Of a stretch of 64,000 bases of DNA, positions 49,881-62,800 are shown in pieces. Source of the DNA: Leptogorgia sarmentosa. Lineage: Eukaryota. A model generated the notes under the pieces. It worked only from the letters and a program-made list of their open reading frames with translations, did not search any database and was not told the origin of the DNA. Position 1 is the stretch's first letter. The number at the start of each line of letters is the position of its first letter. The translations under genes were made by a program, and so were the position numbers. Where the stretch lies: NCBI GenBank assembly GCA_964658305.1, contig OZ210885.1, positions 19,592,001 through 19,656,000 of the forward strand, read 5' to 3'.

Positions 49881-50689
49881 ACACATTACAGGCGTGTTGA
49901 TTGGTCAAAAATATTTTGACTAATCATTGCAAAATTTTGACTAAAGCACGTGGATTTTTTTACTAATCCAGTAGTTAGATGGAGGGTTGTGATTGGATTA
50001 TTTTGCGCAAAGTAAGGTAAAGAACGTCTCCTCTGATTGGCTTCTTGTAACATTGTTGATATCTCATATCAATACAATAACAAATTAACAACATACATTT
50101 TCGAATTGAAAATGTTAGGATTTCGCAGCCGATGAAATGTTGTTTTTGCGTGCATCAGATGGATTTCGGCGTAGATTTCCTTTATATCTCAACAGACCAA
50201 GAGATGTATGTATATATATGGCGATAATAAGGTAATGCCGTTAGCATTTTAACAAATCGTTCGAATGAAAGGTTAAACTGCGTACATATAAATACTTATG
50301 TGTTTATATTATACTAATCGAGTAATGTTTAATCATATTAAAATTCAGCCTTCAGGTTGCTAAGAAGCTTTGATATGTAATGTATCTTTGGTCTGTAACA
50401 CTTTATGCCAAATATATTCGAAGACACCTTTGTCTTCTAAATTTGATATTTTGAGGTGAAGTCTATGAACACCTCAAGGCCGAGTAGCGGAAATTTGACA
50501 GCGTTGGATATAAATTACGAAAATATTTATCACACAGTTTAATTCACAGGTTGCTGAACAGCAAATTACTGATATATATATATATACTTAGAGCATGGTT
50601 GAATTATGGAAAATGGATAAACTAAAGAATGTGAGTAGTACTATACGGGCACTTCAGCGCCGATCCCACGAAACGCATGGGATTTTATG

Positions 50690-50870
50690 TTTTGCGTGGG
50701 GTTTTGCGTGGGGTTTTGCGTGGGGATATTGCGTTGGGATATTGCGTGGGGATATTGCGTGGGGTGGGGGATAATGCATGGGGGATATTGCGTGGGGTGG
50801 GGGATATTGCGTGGGGGATATCGCATGGTGTGGGAGGGGGATATTGCGTGGGATTGTGTGAGGGATATTT
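50690..50870. repeat. GCGTGGGGATATT-type tandem repeats in the Polinton terminal region
   Basis: Imperfect units of about 13 bp, visible directly. Confidence 0.85.
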
Positions 50871-51043
50871 TTTGGTTCCCACACCCCCTTTTTAAAGGAT
50901 TTCACACCCCCAACACAAACAATGTTTTTTCAAACAATGTTTTTAAACAACAAAGGTTTTTATTAATCAAAAAATGTGTTTACACAGTGTTTTTGTATGC
51001 AAATCAACAGATATTTCCATCTATTTCGTCATCGTAGTATACA

Positions 51044-51603
51044 CTAACCTCTTTTTTCACCTCTTTTTTCAATAGCGTTCTCTATTTCCGTGTTTTTGGT
51101 CTCAAACCAATCTTCATATTCCTGGACTTTTGCATCTTCATAACGATCAACGGTGTTGTTTGAGCTAAGGTAACTATCGTACAGTACTGCCTTTTTAAAC
51201 CATTCATCGTAATGGCCGGTCATCTCATCGTCAGAATCAGGGAATTCTTTGTTTGTTTTGCGTTGCTGTACAACGGTGTTGTTGGGTTTGTTTTCATTAA
51301 TATTTTGTAAGCGTCCATATGTTCCCACGGATGAGGGCACTTTGCTAGCTCTCGAGAAAGCTCTTCCATAGAGAGGGTATTTATGTCTTGTTTTGATTTT
51401 TAAACTGTTAGCTCTTCACTTGCGGGGTTACTTTTTCGCATTTCGGTCTCTTTTTGTAACGCGTCTTTCATTTCTTTTGACATTTTATCCCATTGATCTT
51501 CATTAACAGGTTGACTTTGCCATCTTTCACACACTTCTTTCCATGTAAAACCTTCCATTTTGCAGCTGTGTTTAACGTATGTATTTTTTTCCTTTAAATA
51601 CAC
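51044..51603 (-). pseudogene. Polinton hypothetical protein (two broken frames)
   Basis: Two adjacent charged ORFs downstream of a repeated promoter-like motif; no family recognised. Confidence 0.4.
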
Positions 51604-51923
51604 AATTTACTTGCGGTTTTTTACTTGCGGTTATTAACATGCGTTTTTTTACGTGCGATTTTAAAATGTTCTGAATAATTATCGGGAAACGTTCTTTTTT
51701 TTTCACGTGTTTTTTACGTGCGATTTTAAAATGTTCTGAATAATTATCAGGAAACTTTGTTTTTGTTTTTTTTTTGGGTTTTTTTTGTTTTTTTCCCGAA
51801 CAATTATCGGATAACGGGTAACCAATAAAAACACGGGATTATGAGCTGGCGAACGTTTTAACTGTGAAAAACAAAATTGTTTTTCGCATTCTGGCAAACA
51901 ACATTCTGGCGAGCAGTACGAAC

Positions 51924-53129
51924 ATGTATACTAAAAAGGGAAGACTTACATATGAACGACAACGCCGTGAAAGGATGCGAGAAGATCGTAAACTCTATCA
52001 AGTTTTTTGCCCGTGAATTGAACATAAATATCCACATATTTTTACTGAATTTATTTTGTTTTTTACTAAATTACGGGACAACAACCCCCGAGCGAAAAAC
52101 TTCACAACTACAAAGCATTTTAGGGAGTTTTTGTATGAGGGAATTGGTATGTTTTTCCGTATTTTGCATTATGTTTTTGCTCGCAATTTATTTATTTATG
52201 TTTCTCCGTATTATGTTTTTTTGTTCGCAATTTATTTTGTGTGCTGTAATTTTATAGACTTTACACAACCTCCTGTTGACACACAGACAATATCACTGGC
52301 TTTACCACAAATACCCGACCCAACGGCTCTACCGTTTATGTCACTGGCTTTACCACAAATACCTGACCCAATGGCTCAACCGTTTATGCTGCAGACCGAC
52401 CCAATGGCTCTACCGTTTATGCCGCAGATGCAGATGTTTGAACCAATGACTTCACCGTCTATACCGCAAATACAGTTCACACCGCAAATGCCTATTATGC
52501 CGCAGATGCAGATGTTTGAACCAATGACTTCACCGTCTATACCGCAAATACAGTTCACACCGCAAATACAGTTCACACCGCAAATGCCTGAACCGAACGG
52601 AATAGGTATGTTTTTGTATTATGTTTTTCTGTATTATGTTTATACCCACAATTTATTTTGTGTATGTAATTTTATAGACTTGACACAACTTTTGGGTCAA
52701 ATGAATCCAACGTTTGAACCGTTCCCTGAACAGGAATCCAATGAACAGGAACCCGAATCCGATGAACAGGAACCCGAATCCGATGAACAGGAACCCGAAT
52801 CCGATGAACAGGAACCCGAATCCGATGAACAGGAACCCGAATCCGATGAACAGGAATCCGAATTTGATGAACAGGAACCCAACGCGAATGACCCCAATGA
52901 ACAGGAACCCGTTGCAAATGATCCCGAGGCGAATGACCCCCCTGTAATTGATCCTATATATAACGTCCACATTATTAGAAGCCTGCTCACACCTGATTTG
53001 GGGTTAAATACCCCCGAATTTAGCCCCATTAGCGTAGAAGACTTTGACGTTGCCCGAGACATTTCCGATTGGGAATTTAATGAGGAAATGGACATCATAG
53101 AAAACATTAATTTTGAAAATTATATTTAA
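51924..53129 (+). CDS. Polinton hypothetical protein with a basic N-terminus, Pro/Gln/Met repeats and acidic EQEPESD repeats; two introns
   Basis: ATG at 51924 (frameshifts in T-runs). GT-AG introns at 52147-52257 and 52606-52677. A 21-bp tandem repeat lies at about 52727-52880. Confidence 0.6.
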
Positions 53130-53371
53130 CCATTTATGGCTTATTTATGATGACATAATTAAATTCTTATTTTTAAAAAATGATGTTGTTGTTGTTGCTA
53201 CATATGCACACAATCAAGTTTTGAGTGTTTAAATAACTTTTATTAACAAGTCTCTACAAAACCGATTTTATAACAATTTTACTCTAAAACGTTTTTTGAG
53301 TTAGTTCCAAACAGAATGACCTCTTGTGTAAAACAGGAACGGTGATGGGTTTTTTTCATCAAGGACCGATT

Positions 53372-53935
53372 TTAGGATTTTCTTCTCTCTTTTGTTTTTG
53401 CATTTCGGGAGATCAAATTGACTAAGGGGTATATCTTCTTCTTCTTCTCCTTTTTCTTTGCGGGGGGTGTGGTTTCTTTCTTTGCGGGGGGTGTGGTTTC
53501 CTCTTCCCACTGGAAAAAATTGCATTGGTCTGCGTCGTCTTGTTGTCGGGGACAGGAGAAGAAGACTCTTCCTTTATTAGGACCACACTTTCTCACACTA
53601 CGTCTTTTGGATACTTCGTTATGATAGCACCGCGGTCTTTGAAGTATGATTTTATCACCCCACTCGAAGTATTCACATTCATCTGTGTTTTTTGAGCACA
53701 CAAAAAAGGGGCGACTATAGTTGTCTTTCATAATATCTTTTACCACACAGAATTTTGCTAAGTTGTTGTCGCAACACACGGGTTGTGGTTGCTCTGTTTC
53801 GTGAAACGCAGTCATCGCGTTTTCGTAAATGTGTCTTTCGTCTTCACTACATATGAAATGACAGCTCGGTTGTTGTGTGCAGAACCATTTCGAATTTTCG
53901 GTTGTACCAGCAGGTAGTTTATGTAAGCATTCCAT
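53372..53935 (-). CDS. GRF-type zinc-finger protein
   Basis: NYSRPFFVC...CEYFEW and CYH...GPNKGRVFFSC...CNFFQW, plus a degenerate N-terminal finger. Confidence 0.8.
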   Translation of the reverse strand: MECLHKLPAGTTENSKWFCTQQPSCHFICSEDERHIYENAMTAFHETEQPQPVCCDNNLAKFCVVKDIMKDNYSRPFFVCSKNTDECEYFEWGDKIILQRPRCYHNEVSKRRSVRKCGPNKGRVFFSCPRQQDDADQCNFFQWEEETTPPAKKETTPPAKKKEKKKKIYPLVNLISRNAKTKERRKS

Positions 53936-54118
53936 TATTGTGGTGTGATTTTACCTTTTATAAAACATTTACGCGCGGTTATTTATGTGCGGTTTTTTAC
54001 TTGCGGTTATTTACGTGCGGTTTTTTATGTGCGGTTATTTACTTGCCATTATTTACTTGCTGTTATTTACCTGTGGTTTGTGAGTATATAAAATGCTGTG
54101 AGAGTAAGTTTTTGTTCA

Positions 54119-57100
54119 ATGAGTATGGAGCGTGATGAGTGGCAGTGGGAAGATACGAACGACTCATGGATTTGGAATGTACCCGATCTGCAAACCGATG
54201 TACAAGCCGAATGGGAGTGGGGAGATACGAACGACTCGTGGATTTGGGATGTACCCGATCCGCAAACCGATGTACAATATGGAGGGAAAAAGAGAAAAGC
54301 CGAAGACGATGAAGTTAACACTCCGGAAAAGTTTTATACAATTAATGAAGTTCGTCAAGTAAAAGCTAAAAAGTATCGTACAACTGCTGTGGATTATTCT
54401 GTTCACTTTAATGATTTGCAAGATCTCGATCTTGTTCGGGAGTATGAACGTACACAAGAGATTTTCGAGCAACTACTTACCGATGTTACGGTAGGAATGC
54501 AGGAAAGCGATTTGATTCGATTTGTTTTGTGTACGGATCAACTGGACAAACCTATATCTCTACCATTTATGCCTGTTTCACGACTGACACCTGAACGTGT
54601 TTTTTCTCAAATTGAACGCGTTGTACAATCCAAGCAGGAGTTACGTTTAAACGAGTCAGTTATTGTTGATATTATTCACGTTGAGATGCCAAACGGTAGT
54701 GGAAGAAAAGGGCGCAATAATATCGATTTGTTGGGTTATTTACATAACAAGAAATCGGTAGTGACCATTAAGAACAAAGACAATTTATGTTTGGCCAGAG
54801 AATTGCAGAAATTGATAAAGACAAAAAGTACAAACTCCTAGCCAATTCCCGTAAGCCAGCACAAAGAGAAGCGGCATTCAATCTTCATGAAAAGGCAGGT
54901 GTTCCTCTAGGACCGTGTGGGATTTCCGAGGTGAAGCAGTTCCAGAAATATTTGACGGGGTATGAAATAAACATTGTTTCGATGGAAGCCGGAGACACAA
55001 TTATACACCCATCGCAACCCATTCTCACGGAAACGAAACATATTTATTTGTACTTACATAATAACCACTATGACGTTATTACGTCAATGCCTGCATTTTT
55101 AAGCTGCTCTTATTTTTGCCACATGTGCAGAAAACCCTACAATAGTGCAGTGGATCATTTATGTGATAGTATGTGCAAAATGTGTCGTGGTTTAGATTGT
55201 TCTTGGATTGATCCAAGAAGCTGTACGGATTGTAAAAGGGTATTTAAGAGCCAAACGTGTTATGACAGGCATAAGGAGCCTATAGGAAATAGCCAGTCTG
55301 TATGTCAACAAGTGAAAAAGTGTTTGAAATGTGGAAAATCAATGAGAATTCACCATTTACCGGATCACCTATGCCAAAAAACAAAATGCAGAACGTGCGG
55401 GGAGCTTGCTGACGATAAGGATGTACATTATTGTTACATGAAAAAACCTGTGGAAAAAGAGGGGGAGAAGAAAAGCTACGATCAACTGTTTTTCTTTGAC
55501 TATGAGTGTCGGCAAGAAGATGGAATTCACGAACCAAATCTATGCATTGTCCAAAATGAAATGGGGGATGAATGGAGTTTTTCTGGAGAAAATACAAATT
55601 TGGATTTTTGTAAATGGTTGTTTACAAAAGAGCATAAGAATTGCGTGTTCCTAGCCCATAACTTTCAGGGGTATGACGGATATTTTATTCAAAATTATTT
55701 GAGCAAGAATGGAGTAAAGTACGATGTTATCATGAGCGGCACCAAGATTATAACGCTAACAGTTCCTATGCTTAACATACGATTTATTGACTCGTTAAAT
55801 TTCATTCCTATGGGTCTTGCTAAATTCCCAAAGACATTTGGATTGGATGAATTACATAAAGGATATTTTCCTCATTTGTTTAATAAGAAGGAAAATGAGA
55901 ATTATATTGGACCTATTCCGTGCGAACCGTACTATAATCCAAATGAAATGAGTCCAGAAAATCGTAAAGCATTCCAAAAATGGCATAAAGAGCAAAGAGA
56001 CAATAATGTTGTGTTTGATTTTGTTAAAGAGATTACCAAGTACTGTAGATCCGATGTGGATATTTTGAGACGTAGTCGTATGGAGTTTCGTGAATTGTTT
56101 CGGGATAGTACAGGAATTGATCCGTTTGAGAAATGTTTAACGATTGCTAGTGCATGTCAATTGGTTTACCGTTTTTTGAAAGAAAACACAATTGCAATTT
56201 TAAATTCCGATCGGCATCTAAAAATGAAGCAATCCAACACAGCTATAAAGTGGTTGTCGTATGTGTCTGAGAAAGAAGGTATTTGCATTGAACATGTCAG
56301 GAATGGTGGTGAGAAGCGTGTGGGCAAGTATTCCTTGGATGGGTATCATGAAGAATCGAACACAGTGTACGAGTTTCAGGGATGTCTCTGGCATGGTGAG
56401 TAAAGTTTTTGTAAATGTAAGAGATTTGTTGCTTTTTTCTTAACTATGTTATTTTTAGGGTGTTCAACGTGTTATGCTCGTAATACCGTGAATCCAATAA
56501 ATGGGAAAACTATGCAAGATCTGTACGAAGGCACAATAGAGAAAATTTGCTATCTCAAAGAGCAAGGATTTAATATCGTGGAAATGTGGGAATGTAATTT
56601 AAAGAAAGAGTTGGAGGAAGATGAAGAGATACGTCGCTACTTTGAAGAGCACGATCTTGTTGACCCACTCCAACCACGTGATGCATTTTTTGGTGGGCGT
56701 ACAAATGCTGCAAAGCTATTTCACAAATGTGAAGGCGGAGAGAGAATAAAATATGTAGATTTTACAAGTTTGTATCCTTGGTGTAACAAGTCAACGAGAA
56801 TGGTAGTTGGGCATCCGGAAATTATCACTGAAAATTTTCAGGACATTTCAACATACTTTGGTCTAATAAAATGTACTGTGTTACCACCCCGAGGATTGTT
56901 TCATCCAGTTCTAGCTTACAGCACTCCCGGTAAATTAACCTTCCCATTATGCAAGGCGTGCGTTGATACCACCAATCAGACTACATGCACCCACTCTGAT
57001 GAAGAGAGAGCTATTCTTGGTACATGGTGTCACGTGGAGCTACTAAAGGCAATAGAAAAGGGGTACCGAATTTTACGACTACACGAGGTGTGGCATTTTC

Positions 57101-58064
57101 CCAAGCAATCCGACGAGTTATTTGAAGAGTATGTGGACACCTTTTTAAAAATTAAGCAGGAAGCCAGCGGTTACCCAAAAGATTGCACCACACCCGGACA
57201 GAAGCAAGCCTATGTTGCTGAATATTTGGAGCATGAAGGAATTGTACTGGATCCTGAAAAGATTACACACAATCCTGGCTTGCGCGCTTTAGCCAAGCTC
57301 ATGCTAAACTCGTTTTGGGGTAAGTAATATATTGCTTTTCATATTTATATATTTTGGGTAATTGTATTTTTTGTTTAGGTAAATTTGGACAGCGCGGAAA
57401 TTTAGGTAAAACAGAAATGATAACGGAACCGCAAAAGTACTTTGACCTTTTGACTTCCTACGAATTTGAAGTGACCAATGCCCGAATAGTTAGCGATAAC
57501 ATGATTGAGGTACAATACAAGAGCGTTGGTGATTTTGAGGAACCAAACAGCAAAGCGAATGTGGTTGTTGCTGCTTTCACTACGGCGTACGCCCGTCTGA
57601 AACTTTACGGTTTATTGGACATGCTACAGGAACGCGTACTTTACTACGATACGGATTCGGTTATATATGTGTCAAAGCCCAACGAACCAGAACCACCTTT
57701 AGGAAATTATCTCGGTGATTTAACCGACGAGTTAGACGGAGATGACATTACTATGTTTGTGTCAGGAGGACCAAAAAATTACGCATATCATACAGCCAGA
57801 GGAAAGTCGGAAACAAAAGTACGGGGAATTACCTTGAATCATACAACATTGCAAAAGATAAATCCGGACGTCATTCGAGCGCTTGTGTACTTACATGCAG
57901 AGTGTAATGCTGAAGCGAAAGTTACAATTAACATTCCTTTTAAAATTACGCGGGATAAAAAGGAAAAAAACATTGTAACAAAAAAGATGAAAAAGTATTA
58001 TCGGATTGTATACGACAAACATGTTATTAAAGACAATTATGAAACATTACCCTATGGGTTTTAA
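54119..58064 (+). CDS. Protein-primed family B DNA polymerase (pPolB), two introns, one frameshift
   Basis: FFDYEC, AHNFQGYDG, YCRSDVDIL, YVDFTSLYP, KLMLNSFWG|KFGQ, YYDTDS and GPKNYAY. Introns at 56396-56458 and 57320-57378; frameshift near 54800. Confidence 0.92.
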
Positions 58065-58099
58065 TGTAAGAAATATTTTATTAAACATTTTAAAACAGT

Positions 58100-58462
58100 T
58101 TATTGTCTCTCTTTCGGTAACATGTGTCGGTACTTTTCTGGACACTTTCCCCAAAAACCACCGTCTTTTAAACTTGAATCCCCATACTTTGCAATTGTCC
58201 GTCTTAGTTGCTCGCATTCGGGGTGAGAATTGACAGCCAAGGTGTAGTAGTTATCTTTCCAGTGGATTTGTTCCCTCTTTATCATACGATGAAATAACTG
58301 TGGAATAGAGTAGAAACCCTCGAAGAAGGTATGTATGTCATTGTCTCCATTTACGAAATGTACACTGCCAGTTGTTTTGTTGGTAATAACAAAGTATTCT
58401 CCGTCACAAAAACACATTTTTGCAAATGAAATAGATAAACCAGTTCTCTCTTTATATATCAT
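58100..58462 (-). CDS. Polinton hypothetical protein
   Basis: Intact 120-aa ORF, divergent from 58573 across a repeated motif block. Confidence 0.45.
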   Translation of the reverse strand: MIYKERTGLSISFAKMCFCDGEYFVITNKTTGSVHFVNGDNDIHTFFEGFYSIPQLFHRMIKREQIHWKDNYYTLAVNSHPECEQLRRTIAKYGDSSLKDGGFWGKCPEKYRHMLPKERQ

Positions 58463-58572
58463 ATTTACGTGTGGTTTTTTACGTGCAGTTATTTACGTGC
58501 GGTTATTTATGTGCGGTTATTTACTTGCGGTTATTTACTTGTGGTTTTTTCATATAAGTAGGCATAATGTAA

Positions 58573-59115
58573 ATGATAAAACCCATTTACGTTATGGATG
58601 TGATAGTTGATGAGCTTCGTAAGAATGGTATCGATATTGATAGAACAACACTATCCTATTTTATTAATAAAGCATACAATGATTATCAAAGTGTGTATGA
58701 AAGTTTCTTAGATACACTATCGTGTGAAGATTTGTTTATGGTATGGAAGCAAATACGTCCCGAAACGTTTGGACACGTGATGGGTTTTCTGACAACAGTG
58801 CATTTACAGAATCTTAGCGAAAATAAAACACGCTATGTAGTACGACTTACAGTTCCAGTTTTGAAAAACATTAATTTAGCAAAGTACAAAAGAGAGAAAT
58901 CCATTTTGGATAATTACACGCTGGTACGAAATACTATACACCGATTTTTGCATCGCTATGTGTGTCGTTGCTTAGACCCTGTACTATGCTATTGCTACAT
59001 TATCGGAAATGTTATTGGGGCATTTGCAAGAAGATGGAGAATATCGGAAAGAGTGCAAACTACTGCACGTTATTTGTACTATAAAATACGATACCATAAC
59101 AGATTTGGGATATAA
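58573..59115 (+). CDS. Putative Bcl-2-fold protein
   Basis: Predicted all-helical; LRKNGIDID is BH3-like and ETFGHVMGFL is BH1-like. Pattern match by eye only. Confidence 0.4.
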   Translation: MIKPIYVMDVIVDELRKNGIDIDRTTLSYFINKAYNDYQSVYESFLDTLSCEDLFMVWKQIRPETFGHVMGFLTTVHLQNLSENKTRYVVRLTVPVLKNINLAKYKREKSILDNYTLVRNTIHRFLHRYVCRCLDPVLCYCYIIGNVIGAFARRWRISERVQTTARYLYYKIRYHNRFGI

Positions 59116-59129
59116 GACACACCGACGTG

Positions 59130-59756
59130 ATGGATGTAAGGTTCAAAGTACCAGCTAATTTTTACGTGTCAGGACAAAGTCAAAGTGGAAAATCATTTTT
59201 GGTCCGCAAATTACTACAACATTCAAACGAATTATTTAACCCTGTACCTACAAAGATCATTTATTGTTATGGGGAGTATCAGAAAGAGTTTGAAGAACTA
59301 CAAAATGTGGATTTGGTCGAAGGATTTCCGTCAAATTTGGATGAGTTAACCCGAGGACATGACAATTCTATCGTGGTATTGGATGATCGTATGGGAGAAT
59401 GTTCAAAAGATCAGCCTGTTTCCGATTTATTTACACGTGGTTCTTACCATAAAGGCATTTCTGTATTATATCTTACACAGAACCTATTTCCACCAGGAAA
59501 ATTATCGAGAACAATTAGCTTAAATTGTCATTACATTTTTGTGTTTAAAAATCCACGCGATTCTCTAGGAATTGCAACATTGGCTAAACAAATGTATCCT
59601 AGACAAAGCAATTTTTTGGTGGATTCTTTTCATGATGCTACGAAACAACCACATAGTTACTTACTTATTGATTGCCATCCACAAACTCCGGAAAATATAC
59701 GATTACGTACAAATATTCTACCTGGAGAAAGACAAATTGTGTATATAAAGAAGTAA
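59130..59756 (+). CDS. A32/FtsK-like genome-packaging ATPase
   Basis: Walker A GQSQSGKS, Walker B VVLDD, LFTRGSYHKGISVLYLTQNLF, SRTISLN and FKNPRD. Confidence 0.9.
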   Translation: MDVRFKVPANFYVSGQSQSGKSFLVRKLLQHSNELFNPVPTKIIYCYGEYQKEFEELQNVDLVEGFPSNLDELTRGHDNSIVVLDDRMGECSKDQPVSDLFTRGSYHKGISVLYLTQNLFPPGKLSRTISLNCHYIFVFKNPRDSLGIATLAKQMYPRQSNFLVDSFHDATKQPHSYLLIDCHPQTPENIRLRTNILPGERQIVYIKK

Positions 59757-59825
59757 AAAACAAAACATACATTCATTTGTGTAATATGTTGCGTACGATA
59801 ATGACATCGAGAAACATTACGGTAT

Positions 59826-62800
59826 TTGTTATTAAATGAACCTTTTTTAACACGAAATAGTACTACAATACAACTAAAACGAGCAACAGTCTTTTGGAAG
59901 TTCAAAAATGTTACATCTAAAAATAATAAATACAGTGTTGGTGGTAGTGAAAAAGAAATTGGTGTGGGGTATTGGGATTTTGAACTCATTAAAGAGCGGT
60001 TGAAAGTAGATAAAATCAATCTTACTGCAAGTATACATGATAATAACTGTGATGTCAAAAATAACAATGATGGCGATAAAACCGTAAACTTAAAAAACCT
60101 CGGAGAACTATTGGGATTTCCTGCAAATGAACCCATACTCGCCAATACTTTAATTGAAATTGAAATTGACAATGCCACACCGAAATTTCAACAATTGTCC
60201 AAGCTAAGTTGTTACTCTGGTAAAGATTCTATTACAAACATTTCACCTGATCCTGTAATGCACGAAGTAACTTCTGCACCCCCCAGCGACATAGCATGGC
60301 ACCTCCTGGAGAACAACGAAACACGCCCGATAATGCAAGCCCCTACCCATCGACCTACACAGTTTTTTTTTGGGGTCTTCCTATACCCTATCGGGACAAA
60401 TATGGAAATTACCATTAAGTCATGAAACAGATAACACTGATCAAACCCTTGTAGGACATTTACAGAAAATCCCTGTTCATATTACAAATCGCCAACTTCG
60501 CACCGTGAAAAAACCGCCACACAGTCATGTATATTCACATCTCATACACATTAAACCATCTAGAACTAACAACCGACCAGTACACACCAAACTTTTGGAC
60601 TTTTATAAAGAATAAATCTCTTGCGCTTAAAGACTACATAGTTGACCACGATCTAGACTTTCTAGCCTTGACTGAAACCTGGCTTCGATCAGGTGATATT
60701 GATAACTACCATATTGAAAAACTATGTCCAACTGGCTATGTATTTCATCATATTCCAAGATCAATCTCTCGAGGTGGAGGAGTTGGGTTATTAATAAAAA
60801 AACTCTTCCCTGTAAAGAAACAAAGTGTAAGAAAATTTGACTTGTTTGAATATATGGATGTGCTAGTAAAACATTTATGTGGAGATATCAGAATACTTGT
60901 TATGTATAGACCCCCACTTAGAGGACAAAACAGCTCTATTGAAAATAACTTTTTCAACGATTTTTCTACCCTTGCTGAACAGCTTGCCACTGCCCCAGGA
61001 AGTTTGGCCATAGTTGGTGATCTAAATCACCATATGGATGAAAGCTGCAACGTAAATGCGAAGAAATTTCATGATATACTTGAATCGTTCAATTTAAAAC
61101 AGCATGTTAGTTCGCCAACCCATAATCGTGGACATATCTTAGACTTAATTATTACTAGAGCAGAGGATTGTCTCGTGAGTGATATAGTTGTAAAGGATCC
61201 AGTACTCTCAGATCACCTTGCTGTACATTGTAAGCTCAAACTGAAGAAACTGCCAGCAGAGCGACGAGAAGTTAGTTTTCGCAAATTGAAGTCTATCAAC
61301 ATCAATAGTATGCGAGAAGATCTAAAATCATCCACTGTCATTATGGATGCTTATACTGATTTATCAGGTCTAATAAATACCTACGAACACGAACTTAAAC
61401 GTATATTAGATACTCATGCACCTAAAAAGAGCCGTATGATCACTATTAGACCACTTGCTTCTTGGTATGATAACAGTATAAATGTGGAGAAGAAGAAACG
61501 AAGGAAACTTGAACGGCGTTGGCGAAAATCTCGATTGGTCATCCATAGAGAATTATATGAGGAACAATGTAAATTGGTAAATTCCATGATTAAGACTGTA
61601 AAGACTAATTACTATTCTAATATAATTAATGCTAACAAGGGAGATCAAAAAGTTTTATTCAATACCATTGACAATCTTCTGCATCGCAATGTTGTTAAGA
61701 ATTACCCAAAAGCTTCATCCGCACAAGAATTGGCTAACACATTTGCTGATTTTTTCCATCATAAAATAGAGAACATAAAGAACGAGCTATCAGCACAAAA
61801 CACTGCAGTAACAAATCCATATCCTGATGTAGGAGAATGCAGTACTGAATTTACTGAATTTCAATTGATGTCCGAAATTCAAATAAAGAACTTTGTGGAT
61901 TCATCCTGTGATAAATCCTGCAGCCTGGATCCTCTTCCAGCTTCAATATTAAAAAGCTGTACAGATATACTGCTCCCAGTTATTACTAGAATAGTTAACA
62001 CCTCGTTAGTAACTGCTACCATGCCTAGTGAACTAAAGAATGCTGTTCTTACTCCTAATTTAAAGAAAACTTCACTTGACCATGAAGTTTATTCAAACTT
62101 TAGGCCCATTTCAAACCTGAAATTTATTTCTAAAATAGTGGAGAAGTCTGTTTCACATCAACTTACAGATTATCTGCGTGGAAATGATTTAGAAGAAAGA
62201 TTCCAGTCAGCATATAAAGGGTTTCATAGTACTGAAACTGCTCTTGTTAAAGTACACAATGATATTGTCTCAGCAATTGACAACCAGGAACATGTAATTC
62301 TGGTACTGCTTGACTTGTCTGCTGTGTTTGATATGATAGACCACAAAATACTGTTATCCAGGCTATCGAACCGTTTTGGTATCAAGGGAAAGGTATTAAG
62401 TTGGTTTGAATCTTATCTGAAAGATCGCAAGCAGACCGTCAGTGTAAATGGTGTTACATCCTCAACTAGAGAAGTCATTTCTGCGGTACCTCAGGGGTCT
62501 GTACTAGGGCCAATCCTGTACCTGCTGTATACGTCACCACTCGGAGACATTATTCGAAGCCATGGTCTATCCTATCACTTTTATGCTGATGATTCACAGT
62601 TGTATATTACTTTCAAACCAAGCAATGAGATAGCAACTATATCAAATATTGAAGCTTGTATCAATGACATTAATAATTGGATGATTTCTAATAAATTAAA
62701 ACTTAATAAAGGAAAAACGGAACTTCTTGTAATAGGATTGAATTCTCGTTGTCGTCCATTGGTTGAAAGTATCACTGTTGCTGGAGAATATATAAATGGA

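Noticed and set aside
49880..50633. Segment between Utopia-D and the Polinton
   Set aside because: It is AT-rich with no ORF, terminal repeat or RNA motif that I can support.
50641..51037. Overlapping ORFs on both strands
   Set aside because: They are produced by the G-rich terminal tandem repeat and show no coding signal.
52653..53107. Antisense and alternative-frame repeat proteins
   Set aside because: They are shadow frames of the 21-bp EQEPESD repeat.
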